A program made the position numbers and the translations under genes. 64,000 nt of DNA from an uncultured Gemmatimonadales bacterium (GTDB lineage Bacteria > Gemmatimonadota > Gemmatimonadetes > Gemmatimonadales > GWC2-71-9): the NCBI GenBank assembly GCA_963730185.1, contig CAVSQW010000012.1, positions 128,001-192,000 on the forward strand. The letters run 5' to 3'. The notes below the pieces were generated by a model. That model saw only the letters and a program-made list of their open reading frames with translations. It was not told the origin of the DNA and searched no databases. Below, piece after piece: positions 27,383 through 37,951 of this stretch; position 1 is the stretch's first letter, and each line of letters begins with the position of its first letter.

Positions 27383-28736
27383 TCAGCTGGCCTGGCGGAG
27401 CGCCTCGTGAAGGACGGCCAGGGCGTAGTCGACGTCGTCGGCCGTGATCGAGAGGGGGGGCTTGATCCGGAGGACGTTGCCGTCGATCCCGCCCTTCCCG
27501 ACCAGGAGGCCCATCTCCTTGGTCGCCTCGAGCACGTCGGCGGTGCGGCCAGTCGCGGGCGCCCGGGTGGCGCGGTCGTCGACCAGCTCGACGCCCAGCA
27601 TCAGCCCCATCCCGCGGACATCGCCGATCAGGGTGTGCTCTTCGGCCAGCCGGTCGAGGCCCGCCTTGAGCTTGCCGCCCACGACCCGGGCGTTCTCCTG
27701 GAGCCCCTCCTGGTCGATCACGTCGAGCACCGCGTCGGCCGCCACGGCGGCGACCGGGTTACCACCGAAGGTATTGAGATGGAGTCCGCTGGGTCAGCGC
27801 CTTGGCGATCTCGGCCCGGGTGGTCACAGCGGCGATGGTGGTGCCGTTGCCGAGGCCTTTGGCCATGGTGACGATGTCGGGGGTGACGCCCCAATTCTCG
27901 AAGCCCCAGTAGTGGGTGCCCGTCCGTCCGAACCCGGTCTGGACCTCGTCGGCGATGCAGAGGCCCCCGGCGGCCCGGGCGGCCTGATAGGCCTCGCGGA
28001 GGTAGTTCGGCGCCCCGTGGGTGGCACCGCCCACGCCCTGGATCGGCTCGGCGATGTAGGCGGCGATCTTGCCCGGGGTGGAGTAGCGGATCAGGTCGCG
28101 CATCTCCGCCACGCTCCGGGAGGCGATCTCCTCGGGCGTGCCGGTGAACGGGCTCCGGTAGGGATCGGGACAGAACGTGTGGTGGATCCCGAAGCTCTGC
28201 GGCACCGGGTGCTTCCAGGTGGAGTGCGAGGTGAGCCCGGTGGCCGCCGGCGACCCGCCGTGATAGGCGTTCCGGACCCCGATCACGTCGTAGTTGCCGG
28301 TGAAGAGCCGGGCCATCGTGATGGCCAGGTCGTTGGCCTCGCTGCCGCTGTTGACGAAGTAGGTCACCTCGAGGCCGGGCGGCATCTTGGCGGCCAGCTT
28401 CTTGGCCAGGCGGGGCAGGTTCGGATTGAGATAGACGGTCGTGGTGTGCTGCAGGGTGTCGATCTGGTCCTTGATCCGCTCCACGATCGTCGGGTGGCAG
28501 TGGCCACAGGCCACCGTCACGATCCCGGCGAAGAAATCGAGGTAGCGCTTGCCGGTTTCGTCCCAGACGAACTGCCCTTTCCCCTCCACGATCATGAGCG
28601 GGTCGCGGTAGAGCATGAACAGCGACGGGTGGAGGTACTGCTTCCGCATCGCGAGCACTTCGGCCTTGGTCGGTCCGTGATAGGGCCGGGGCTGGTGGTC
28701 GGTGGCGGGCATGGCGGGAAGGGCGGCGGTGGTCAT
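27383..28736 (-). CDS. Class III aminotransferase (AGXT2/beta-alanine aminotransferase-like); one frameshift near 27784
   Basis: YLDFFAGIVTVACGHCHP, NSGSEAND, YHGG, AEPIQGVGG, DEVQTGFGRTG, MAKGLGNG. Removing one base restores RLHLNTFGGNP and joins ORF 27383..27745 (GDVRGMGLMLGVELV, RIKPPL). Confidence 0.85.
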
Positions 28737-29494
28737 GGGGCAGCTCTGCGGGTCGAAGGTGGTTCCGGGAAGATAGAGGGTGGGGAGGAGCGGGGGGAGA
28801 CGAAGTCTCGCACCAGCTCGGCGAAGACCTGGGGCCGCTCCAGACTCACGCCGTGGCCCACCTCAGGCACGATCCGAAGCGTCGCTCGGCGCGCCCCGGC
28901 CAAGTTGGCGCGCTCACCCCACCGGTGGCGGCGGTCCCGAGCCCCGTTGATCAGCATGACCGGGGCGTCGATCCCCGCGAGGAGCGTCCGGAAGTCCACC
29001 CGCCGGAGCTCGGCCACCGCCTCGGCGAAGGCCGCCGGGCGGATCGCTCCTTCGACCACGGCTGCGCCGGCCTCGCAGTCACGCGGCAGCCGAGCCTCGA
29101 GGGTCCGCCGGAGGCGCTCGGCCGGGATCAGGCGCGAGAGGGCGATCTGAGCGAGGTAGAGGAGCAGCGTGGGGCCCTCGAAGCTCGCCGTGCACCCGCC
29201 GAGGACGGCGCCCCCGAGCCGCTGGCCGAGGCCGGCGGCGGCGGCCAGCGACACGTAGCTGCCGAGCGAATCGCCGACGAGCACGACCGAGGCAGTGCCG
29301 AGCCCGGACGCGGCCTGATCCACGACTGAGACCGCCCGGGAGAGGGTGAAGGCCTCGTCGGCTCGCTCGCCGTGCCCGGGGAGGTCGAGCGTGGCCGTCC
29401 GCCATTCCGACGGGAGGGCCGCGATCACGGGATCCCACATCCGCCGGTTCAGCACCGCACCGTGAACGAAGAGCAGCGCCGGGGGCGAGGACAC
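28733..29494 (-). CDS. Alpha/beta fold hydrolase
   Basis: FVHG, DLPGHG, nucleophile elbow GDSLG, NGARD, VGHGVSLERP. Confidence 0.85.
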   Translation of the reverse strand: MSSPPALLFVHGAVLNRRMWDPVIAALPSEWRTATLDLPGHGERADEAFTLSRAVSVVDQAASGLGTASVVLVGDSLGSYVSLAAAAGLGQRLGGAVLGGCTASFEGPTLLLYLAQIALSRLIPAERLRRTLEARLPRDCEAGAAVVEGAIRPAAFAEAVAELRRVDFRTLLAGIDAPVMLINGARDRRHRWGERANLAGARRATLRIVPEVGHGVSLERPQVFAELVRDFVSPRSSPPSIFPEPPSTRRAAP

Positions 29495-29496
29495 GA

Positions 29497-31133
29497 CTAA
29501 TGGACCCGCTCGAGGCGGACGTCGCGGACTCGACCCAGGAAGGCTCGCAGTCCCGTCACCCGTCCCCGCCGGTCGCGGTCGAAGCGGACGTGACCCGCGC
29601 CGAGGGAGAATCCGTCGGGGTAGGATGGCCGGAGAGGGATCTCATCGCCAAGCGGGAGCTCGAGTCGGAGCCCTCCGTCGCGCTCGACCGCCTCGACGTC
29701 GATCTCCAGCTCGTCACTGTGATAGCGGCCGACGTAGTCGGCGAGCCGGACGGCGGCCGAGTCGACCGGGGTCAGCGGCTGGTAGTGTCGCCAGGCGTTC
29801 TGGAACTGGGTAACCCGCCACGACCCTCCGCTCCGCTCGAACCGGAAGTCGCCCGCCACCGGGCTCCAGAACCGGAGGCCGCCCAGGTGGGTAAGCGGAG
29901 TGGGGGGCCCGTTGCCGGCGGCGGTCAGGGCCCCGTCGTGGACCGCAAAGGTGACCATCTGATCGTTGGTCGAGTCGCGGTAGCGCCCGGCCAGCGAGTC
30001 CAGACGCCGGGTGTCGATGGCCACCGCCGGAGACGGGGGCGTCTCCGAGTCCGGCAAGGCGAGCACGAGCCGGGCGAGGCGGTGCGCGTCCGCCTGGGGG
30101 TTGGCGGTCCCCGCGTTGCAGAGTATCGCCACCGAGAGGCCACGCTCGGGCCATCGGGCGAGCGCGGTTCGGTACCCGGCCGTGGCGCCGTTGTGGCTCA
30201 CCTCCCGAAGCCCGCGGAAGCTGCCGACGACCAGCCCGAGGGCGTAGCTGATGGTCGAGCCGTCGTTCAGCCGGCCCTGGGTCTCCAGCATCCGGACCAG
30301 GGGCATCCCACCCGGCACGGTGCCGGCGGTGAGGGCGGCGTTCCAGGTGAGCCAATCTCCGACGGTGGAGAGGAGGCCGCCGTTGCCGTAGACCATGGTG
30401 AAGGGCATGTCCTGGACCCAGGCGCCGTCCTCCCGTTGGTAGGCGGTGGCCCGTCCGGGCACGACCCGGCGGTAGTCGTCGCGCCACTCCGTGTGGGTCA
30501 TCCCGAGCGGCTCGAACAGCTCCTGGCGGGTGAACTCGGCCAGCGACTTCCCGGCCACCCGCCCGACCAGGATCGCGGTCAGGGCGAAGCCGGTGTTGCT
30601 ATAGAGGTATTCGTCACCGGGGCGGAAGTTGAGCCGCTGCTGGCGGCTCACCAGCCGGAGGATTCGGTCGAGGGTATGGACCTCCTCGCCCGGCGGGTGC
30701 CCCTGGAGCCCGAGCAGACCCCACTGGTCGCGAAGGCCGCTGGTGTGGGTGAGCAGATGCCGGATGGTGATGGTGACCCCGAAGTCGGGGACCTCGGGCA
30801 GGTATTTCCGGATGTCGTCGTCGAGCGAGAGCTTGCCGCGGAGGGCGAGCAGCCCGACCGCCGCCGCGGTGAACTGCTTGGCGACCGACCCCGACTCGGA
30901 GATCGACTCCGGCGAGAGCGCGATCCCGTCCTCCAGGTTGCTCATCCCGTAGGCCCGGATCGTCCGGTGACCCGCCAGGTCCACGCCGGCGACGCAGCCT
31001 GGACCGTCGGTCCGGTCCCAGCGGCCGAAGACGCTGTCGAGCGCGGTGGGCACGGCCACCTGGGCGGCGGCCGGCCGGCCACTCAGAGCGAGCGCGAGCA
31101 CGGCGAGTCGTAACCCGGATGTCGGATCGTCAT
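29497..31133 (-). CDS. Serine hydrolase, beta-lactamase/D-aminopeptidase-like; probable frameshift in the signal peptide
   Basis: SxxK motif GSVAKQF, LLTHTSG, YSNTG, HNGA. ORF track starts at GTG 31101; ATG 31133 overlapping the nitrilase stop is one base out of frame. Confidence 0.85.
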
Positions 31134-31957
31134 CGGAGCCACTCCTGATAGAGATCGGGGCGCCGGTCCTGCCAGAACAGCCGGCGCGCGGTGGAGGTGG
31201 CGCACCGGCTCAGGTCCACCTCGGCAACCACCAGGTCCTCTTCGAGCGACTTGCCCTGGACCACCATTTGCCCCTCGCAGTCGACCACGAACGATTCGCC
31301 CGCGAACGTGAGCCGCTCTTCGGGGCCGACCCGGTTGGCAAGGGCGGCGAAGTACCCGTTCTGGAAGGCGGCGGTGCGGACCTCGGCCTGGTACAGGCCG
31401 TCCGGCCACTCGCCGACGGAGCCCGCCTGGGGAATGGCCACCAGCTCCGCGCCGGCCAGACCGAGGGCGCGGGTGTACTCGGGGTAATGGCGATCGTAGC
31501 AGATGGCGACCCCGATCCGGCCCACCTTGGTTTGATACACGGGGGCGCCGCGGTCGCCGCCGTGGTAGTACCGCTTCTCGTGGAAGCAGGCGTAGTCCGT
31601 GATGTGAACCATCCGGGTGACGCCCAGGATCGAGCCGTCGGCGTCGATGACGGGCGAGCTGTCGAAACAGCGGCCCGCGCCGTCGCTCTCGTACAGGTTG
31701 AAGACGGTCACCATCCCGAGCGTCTTGGCTTTGGCCGCGATCGCGTCGGTGGTCGGCCCGGGCACCCGTTCGGCCAGGGCGGCGGCATTCTCGATCCGCT
31801 CGTGCTGCGGGAAGAAGCGCTGGAGGGCGAGCTCCGGGAACACGATCAGGCCCGCCCCGGCTTCGTGGGCGCGATCCATGGCGTCGAGGCCACGGCGGAG
31901 ATTCTCGGCCGCGCTCGGGCCGGCGGCCAGCTGGGCCAGGGCAATGCGAAGGGTCAC
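31130..31957 (-). CDS. Carbon-nitrogen hydrolase (N-carbamoylputrescine amidase/beta-ureidopropionase-like)
   Basis: IVFPEL, HI..YACFHEKRYY, GVAICYDRHYPE, NRVG.E..FAGESF. GTG 31957 preferred over 32005 because a candidate promoter lies at 31988-32016. Confidence 0.85.
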   Translation of the reverse strand: MTLRIALAQLAAGPSAAENLRRGLDAMDRAHEAGAGLIVFPELALQRFFPQHERIENAAALAERVPGPTTDAIAAKAKTLGMVTVFNLYESDGAGRCFDSSPVIDADGSILGVTRMVHITDYACFHEKRYYHGGDRGAPVYQTKVGRIGVAICYDRHYPEYTRALGLAGAELVAIPQAGSVGEWPDGLYQAEVRTAAFQNGYFAALANRVGPEERLTFAGESFVVDCEGQMVVQGKSLEEDLVVAEVDLSRCATSTARRLFWQDRRPDLYQEWLR

Positions 31958-31987
31958 GGACGACTCGGTGGCTGGAGTGATCGGCTG

Positions 31988-32016
31988 AATGTGCGGGCCG
32001 GGCACCGATTGGGCCA
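31988..32016 (-). promoter_or_regulatory. Candidate promoter of the nitrilase operon (TGGCCC-N17-CACATT)
   Basis: Same spacing and the same CCGCACATTC 10-mer as upstream of gabT. Confidence 0.4.
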
Positions 32017-32024
32017 GGCCGGAT

Positions 32025-32855
32025 TCACAGTGCGGACGCGCCGCCCTCGCCCACGGTAAGCACCCGGGTCGTGATCGTCCCGCCGTCGAGGCGGAAGGTC
32101 CGGAACCCGGGCGGGCCCGCGAGCAACTTGGGAGTCTGGGACACCTTCGACAGCTGGACCGACGTGGCCGGCGTGGTCAGCACGGTGAAGCCCTCCCGCT
32201 GAATCACGGTGTCCGTGTGGACGTGGCCGGCGACGATGGTCCGGGCGCCGGGATGGCGACGGAGGACATCGATCAGCGCCTCGCCGTTCTCGAGCCCCAT
32301 GGCATCGATCCAGGCCAACCCCACCGGCCAGGGCGGATGGTGCAGGAAGACCATGGTCGGGCGCTCGGAGTGGCCGTGGAGATCCCGCTGGAGCCACGCC
32401 AGCTGGGCCGGCCGAAGGCGGCCCCTGGGCGACCCCGGCACCAGAGTGTCGAGCACCACGAAATGCCAGGAACCGTGGTCGAACGCATAGGACCAGGGCT
32501 CGGCCGGATCGGCCACTCCAGTGTCGAGGATCCGGTGAAAGGCGGCCCGGTTGTCGTGGTTGCCCAGGGTCGGATGGATCGGGCACGGGAGCGTCCGGAG
32601 CAGATCCACGAGCTCGCGGTAGGAGGGTTCGTACTCCTCAGCCGTCCAGGGGCGGGACGGGTCGAGCAGATCCGGACTGGCCAGATCACCGCCCAGCACG
32701 GCGAACGCCGGCCGGGGCTCGAGGGCGTTGACGGCATCGATCACCCGGCGGAGGTTCGCGGCGGGGTCCACCGCCCACCCGTCGGGCTGGTAGGCCCACC
32801 GACCGCCCGCCATCAGGTGCAGGTCGGTCAGATGGACGAACGAGAAGGCTCCCAT
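32025..32855 (-). CDS. Calcineurin-like metallophosphoesterase (CpdA-like cyclic nucleotide phosphodiesterase)
   Basis: TDLH, GGDL, GNHD, LHHPP, GHVH. Confidence 0.85.
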   Translation of the reverse strand: MGAFSFVHLTDLHLMAGGRWAYQPDGWAVDPAANLRRVIDAVNALEPRPAFAVLGGDLASPDLLDPSRPWTAEEYEPSYRELVDLLRTLPCPIHPTLGNHDNRAAFHRILDTGVADPAEPWSYAFDHGSWHFVVLDTLVPGSPRGRLRPAQLAWLQRDLHGHSERPTMVFLHHPPWPVGLAWIDAMGLENGEALIDVLRRHPGARTIVAGHVHTDTVIQREGFTVLTTPATSVQLSKVSQTPKLLAGPPGFRTFRLDGGTITTRVLTVGEGGASAL

Positions 32856-32996
32856 GACCCCGGAAGGTAGCGGCCGCTCCGCCCGCTCGGCAGCGGTCGC
32901 CGGACTGGCGATCCGGGTGCATACTTATTCGACCGCGTTGGACGCCCGTCTCCGCGCGGCCGTCCAATCGGTCGCGGATAACCCCCTGGAGAACCC

Positions 32997-34322
32997 ATGA
33001 CATCGCGCTCCGGTCGATTCTGGTCGGTCTGGAACATGAGCTTCGGCTTCCTTGGCATCCAGTTCGGCTGGGCCCTCCAGATGGCCAACATGAGCGCGAT
33101 CTACGAGTACCTGGGTGCCAAGCCCGACCAGATTCCCATGCTCTGGCTGGCCGCGCCGCTCACCGGCCTCCTGATCCAGCCCCTGATCGGTCACCTGAGC
33201 GACCGAACCTGGCTGCCGCGGCTGGGGCGGCGGCGACCCTACTTCCTGGTAGGCGCCCTCCTCAGCTCGGGCGCCCTCCTCTTGATGCCCCAATCCAGCG
33301 ACGCTCTGGATGGCGGCGGGGCTGCTCTGGATCCTCGACGCCTCCATCAACGTCAGCATGGAGCCGTTCCGGGCCTTCGTGGCCGATCTGCTCCCCGCGG
33401 GCAGCGGACCCGGGGCTTCGCCATGCAAAGCTTCTTCATCGGCTTCGGAGCGGTGGTGGCCTCCGCCCTGCCCTGGATGTTGACCAACTGGTTCGGGGTC
33501 ACGTCCGAGCCCGTCGGACGGCGCGATCCCGCTGACCGTCCGGCTCTCCTTCTACGTTGGCGCGGTGGCCTTCCTCGGGGCGGTGCTCTACACCATCGTC
33601 ACCACCCCGGAACACCCGCCGGAGGACCTGGCTGCGCTTCCGAGCGCGACAAGGCGGCCAGCGCGGGTCCGGGCGCGGCGGTGCCGGGAGATCCTCGAGC
33701 GCCATCCGGCGAGATGCCCCGCACCATGCGCCAGCTGGCGACGGTCCAGGTCAGCACCTGGCTCGGGCTGTTCTGCATGTGGCTCTACTTCCCGGTCGCG
33801 GTGGCCAACAACGTGTTCGGGGCGTCGGAGGTCGGATCGCCCCAATACCAGCGAGGGGTGGAGTGGGCGGGGGTCTGCTTCGGCGCCTACTCGGCGGTCT
33901 GCTTCGTGTTCGCGTTCGCGCTTCCCCCGTTGGCCCGAAAGACCGGACGGAAGGGCACCCACGCCGCCTGTCTGCTGGCCGGCGCGGCGGGCCTCGTCAG
34001 CGTGGCCTTCATCAGCGACTACCGCCTGCTGCTGCTCTCGATGGTGGGGGTCGGGATCGCGTGGGCCAGCACCCTCGTCGATGCCGTACTCGATGCTCGC
34101 CAACGCAATCCCGCCCGAGACCGGACCGGCGTCTACATGGGGATCTTCAACTTCTTCATCGTGATCCCCGAGATCATTGCCTCGCTCGTCTTCGGGTGGG
34201 TCATGTCTCACCTCCTCCACAACAACCGGCTCGACCGCCGTGCTGGCGGGCGGAGTGTTCCTGGCTGCTGGCGGCGCTGCTGGTGTTCCGGGTCGACGAT
34301 CCGGGGGAGGCGCCGGGCATGA
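32997..34322 (+). CDS. MFS maltose/maltooligosaccharide transporter-like (SLC45/GPH type); several frameshifts
   Basis: WNMSFGFLGIQFGWALQ, LAAPLTGLLIQP, SDRTW..LGRRRPYFL, (shifted) LDASINVSMEPFRAFVAD, QSFFIG, GIAWAS, GVYMGIFNFFIVIPEI; segments alternate between frames from about 33300 to 34270. Confidence 0.85.
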   Translation: MTSRSGRFWSVWNMSFGFLGIQFGWALQMANMSAIYEYLGAKPDQIPMLWLAAPLTGLLIQPLIGHLSDRTWLPRLGRRRPYFLVGALLSSGALLLMPQSSDALDGGGAALDPRRLHQRQHGAVPGLRGRSAPRGQRTRGFAMQSFFIGFGAVVASALPWMLTNWFGVTSEPVGRRDPADRPALLLRWRGGLPRGGALHHRHHPGTPAGGPGCASERDKAASAGPGAAVPGDPRAPSGEMPRTMRQLATVQVSTWLGLFCMWLYFPVAVANNVFGASEVGSPQYQRGVEWAGVCFGAYSAVCFVFAFALPPLARKTGRKGTHAACLLAGAAGLVSVAFISDYRLLLLSMVGVGIAWASTLVDAVLDARQRNPARDRTGVYMGIFNFFIVIPEIIASLVFGWVMSHLLHNNRLDRRAGGRSVPGCWRRCWCSGSTIRGRRRA

Positions 34323-36172
34323 TCCGATTCCTCGCGGCCATCGCGGTGATCGGCCTGGCGGCGCCGGCGGCGGCCCAGAGCGCCGACGGTCGAGAAGGTG
34401 GATCCTCCCGGCTGGTGGCCCGGCTCGACGATCAACCCGGTCCGAGTGCTGATCCGGGGCGACCACCTGGCCGGCGCGCAAGCCCGGTGCCTCCGGGTGG
34501 CAGTGCGGCCGGGTCAGGGTCAACGACGCCGGAACCTACGTCTTCGTCGACGTCACCATCCCCAGCGGCGCCCGGCCCGGGAGCTACCCGTTCCGGTTGG
34601 AGACGCCCGGCGGCTCGGTGGAGGTGCCCTTCTCGCTGGTGGCCCGGCAGCCGGCGGCCGGCCGCTATCAGGGCTTTGGTCCGAACGACGTGATCTACCT
34701 GATCATGCCGGACCGCTTCGCCGACGGTGACCCGTCCAACGACGACCCCGCGGTGTCGAAGGGGCTCTGGAACCGCTCGAAGGCGCGCTTCTACCACGGC
34801 GGTGACCTGGCCGGCATCCGCCAGCGGCTTCCCTACCTCCAGTCGCTCGGGATCACCGCCATCTGGCTCAACCCGATCTACGACAACAACAACGTCCTCA
34901 ACCGGCAGGAGAAGTACGACGGCGAGCCGATCACCGACTACCACGGGTACGGCGCGACCGACTTCTACGCCGTGGACGAGCATTTCGGCAACCTGGCGGA
35001 CGTCCGGTCGCTGGTGGACGAGGCCCATCGGCACGGCATCAAGGTCATCCTGGACATGGTGGCCAACCACACCGGCCCCTACCACCCCTGGGTGACCAAC
35101 TCGCCGACGCCGACCTGGTTCCACGGAACCGCGAGCAAGCACCTGGCCAACGAGTGGCAGGTCTGGACCCTGGCCGATCCCTACAGCACGCCGGCGGTCC
35201 AGCGGTCCACCCTCGACGGCTGGTTCATCGACATCCTTCCGGACCTCGACCAGGACGACCCGGAGGTGGCCCGCTACCTGATCCAGAACACACTCTGGTG
35301 GGTGGCGATGAGCGGGATGGACGGGATCCGCCAGGACACCTGGCCCTACGTGCCGAGGCACTTCTGGCGGTCCTGGATGCAGGCGATCCGGCGGGAGTTT
35401 CCCGCCCTCAAGGTGCTGGGCGAAGTCTCCGATGGTAACCCGGCTCTGGTCTCGTTCTTCGAGGGCGGCCGGACCCAGTTCGACGGGATCGACGACCTGG
35501 TCGACTATCTCTACGACTACCCGCTCTTCTACCCTCTGCGGCGGGCGTTCGGCGAGGGCCGTTCGATCCGCGAGGTCGCGTCGATGCTCTCGCACGACCG
35601 GCTCTATCGCAATCCGACCTCGCTGGTGACGTTCGTGGACCTGCACGACGTCCCCCGCTTCCGGAACGACCGGGGCGCGACCACCGCCGGGCTGGAGCTG
35701 GCCTACACCTTCCTGCTCACCACCCGCGGGATTCCCCTGCTCTACTACGGCGATGAGATCGGACTGCCCGGCGGCGGCGATCCCGACAACCGGCGGGACT
35801 TCCCGGGCGGGTGGGCCGACGATCCGCGGAACGCGTTCGACGCCGGCGGGCGGACCGCGGAGGAAGAGCAGGTCTTCGAGCACGTGAAGCAGCTGCTGGC
35901 CATCCGGGCGGCCCGGCCGGGGCTTCGGGGACGGAAGACCAGGACCCTGGTCGCCGGCGAGCAGACGCTGGTCTACCAGCGGGGCCGAACGGTCGTGGGG
36001 CTCAACAACGACACCACCGCCACGACGGTGCGGATTCCCCTGACCGGGGCTGGGTGCCGACCTCCTCGGCCGCTGCCCCGCCACCCGGCTCGACGGCGAG
36101 GCGACGGTCGCGGATCTGCCCGCCCGCACCGGGTGCATCTTCCCCGTGGCGGCCCGTTCGGGGAGCGACTAA
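34319..36172 (+). CDS. GH13 cyclomaltodextrinase/neopullulanase (SusA-like), secreted; several frameshifts
   Basis: Signal MIRFLAAIAVIGLAAPAAAQ; N-domain VDPPGWW; DVIYLIMPDRFADGD, YHGGDL, YHGY, DMVANH, catalytic DGIRQD / GEV / DLHD, YYGDEIG. Likely true end ..LPARTGCIF..* at 36172 (ORF track 36198). Confidence 0.85.
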
Positions 36173-36234
36173 TCTTGCAGGCGACGCCTCCGTTCTAAGT
36201 CCTTCGCTCCACCGCGGACACTGCCAGGAGGACC

Positions 36235-37944
36235 GTGCAACAGATCCATCTCGGCGCGATCGACCACGCCATCCTCTTCGTCTACTTCGCCTTCGTGCTG
36301 GGCATCGGCTGGGTGATCCGCCGCTCGGTTCGCCAGAGCGACGACTTCTTCCTGGCCGGCCGCTCGATGCCGGCCTGGATTGCCGGCCTCGCCTTCATCT
36401 CGGCCAACCTCGGCGCCCAGGAAGTGATCGGGATGGCGGCGTCGGGCGCCAAGTACGGAATGATGACGAGTCACTTCTACTGGCTCGGCGCGATCCCGGC
36501 GATGGTGTTCGTCGGCGTCTTCATGATGCCGTTCTACTACGGCTCCCGAGCCCGGTCCGTCCCCGAGTACCTCAAGCTCCGCTTCGACGAGAAGACCCGG
36601 GCATTCAACGCCATCACCTTCGCGGTGATGACGGTGTTCTCCTCCGGGATCTCGATGTACGCGCTCGCCAAGCTGCTGGAGCTGGTGCTCGGGTGGAACT
36701 TCAACACCAGCATCGTGCTCTCGGCCGTGATCGTCCTGAGCTACGTCTTCCTCGGCGGCCTGACATCGGCGATCTACAACGAGGTGCTCCAGTTCTTCCT
36801 GATCGTCACCGGGTTCCTGCCGCTGGTGCTGCTCGGGCTCAAGGACGTCGGGGGGTGGAGCGGGCTGATGGCCAAGCTCCAGGTCGTGTCGACCGACGCC
36901 GGGTTCGCGCCCGGAGCCTGGGCGCACGCCTCGCGGCACCTCGATTCGGCCGCCGCCAACCCGATGGGGGTGGAGTGGTTCGGGTTGGCAATGGGGTTGG
37001 GCTTCGTGCTCTCCTTCGGGTATTGGTGTACCGACTTCCTGGTGGTGCAGCGGGCCATGGCGGCCGACTCGATGGCCGCGGCCCGCCGGACGCCGCTCCT
37101 GGCCGCGCTCCCCAAGATGGTCTTTCCGTTCCTGGTCATCCTCCCGGGCATGATCGCGATCGCGCTCCACGTGACCCGGGGCGCCATGATCCCGCTCGAG
37201 GCCGACGGCACGCCCAACTACAACCTCGCCATCCCGGCCATGCTGGCCCATTACCTCCCCTCAGGGCTGCTGGGGCTCGGGATGACGGCGTTGATGGCAT
37301 CGTTCATGTCCGGGATGGCGGGCAATGTGACCGCCTTCAACACGGTCTGGACGTACGACATCTATCAGTCCTACATCCGGCCGGGCCAGTCCGACCGGCA
37401 CTACCTCCGGATGGGTCACGCGGCGACGGTCTTCGGCATTCTGGCGAGCGTGGTGGCCGCCTACGCGACCACCAAGTTCAACAACATCATGGACCTGCTT
37501 CAGCTGGTCTTCGCGTTCGTCAACGCGCCACTCTTCGCGACCTTCCTGCTGGGCATGTTCTGGCGCCGGACCACCGGACACGGCGCCTTCTTCGGCCTCC
37601 TGCTCGGCACCCTGGCCGCGGCGGTGCACCACGGGCTGGTGCTCCCGCACGGCGCCGTGGTCGGACTCAAGGGCGGCTTCCTGGGCACGGTGGTGCACAC
37701 CTACCCGAGCGAGATGGCGCAGAACTTCTGGACCGCGATCTTCGCCTGGACCACGTGTTTCGTGTCCACCATCGCGATCTCGCTCGTGACCAAGCGCACC
37801 AAGACCGATGCCGAGCTCGGCGGGCTCGTCTACGCCCTCACGCCGCGGGAGGTCACCCACGGGCTGCCCTGGTACCAACGGCCGGCCGTGCTGGCGGTGA
37901 TCGTGCTCGGGCTCACGCTCGTGCTCAACGTGATCTTCTGGTGA
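36235..37944 (+). CDS. Sodium:solute symporter family protein (sugar-type)
   Basis: GGAGGA RBS; FFLAGRS, FISANLGAQE, SVPEYLKLRF, GGLTSAIYNEVLQF, YWCTDFLVVQRAMAA, FNTVWTYDIY. Confidence 0.9.
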   Translation: MQQIHLGAIDHAILFVYFAFVLGIGWVIRRSVRQSDDFFLAGRSMPAWIAGLAFISANLGAQEVIGMAASGAKYGMMTSHFYWLGAIPAMVFVGVFMMPFYYGSRARSVPEYLKLRFDEKTRAFNAITFAVMTVFSSGISMYALAKLLELVLGWNFNTSIVLSAVIVLSYVFLGGLTSAIYNEVLQFFLIVTGFLPLVLLGLKDVGGWSGLMAKLQVVSTDAGFAPGAWAHASRHLDSAAANPMGVEWFGLAMGLGFVLSFGYWCTDFLVVQRAMAADSMAAARRTPLLAALPKMVFPFLVILPGMIAIALHVTRGAMIPLEADGTPNYNLAIPAMLAHYLPSGLLGLGMTALMASFMSGMAGNVTAFNTVWTYDIYQSYIRPGQSDRHYLRMGHAATVFGILASVVAAYATTKFNNIMDLLQLVFAFVNAPLFATFLLGMFWRRTTGHGAFFGLLLGTLAAAVHHGLVLPHGAVVGLKGGFLGTVVHTYPSEMAQNFWTAIFAWTTCFVSTIAISLVTKRTKTDAELGGLVYALTPREVTHGLPWYQRPAVLAVIVLGLTLVLNVIFW

Positions 37945-37951
37945 GGGCGCC

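Noticed and set aside
32906..32921. Possible sigma54 promoter TGGCGA-N5-GTGCA before the MFS gene
   Set aside because: Only the GG-N10-GC core matches, which is common by chance in GC-rich DNA; no enhancer-binding protein nearby.
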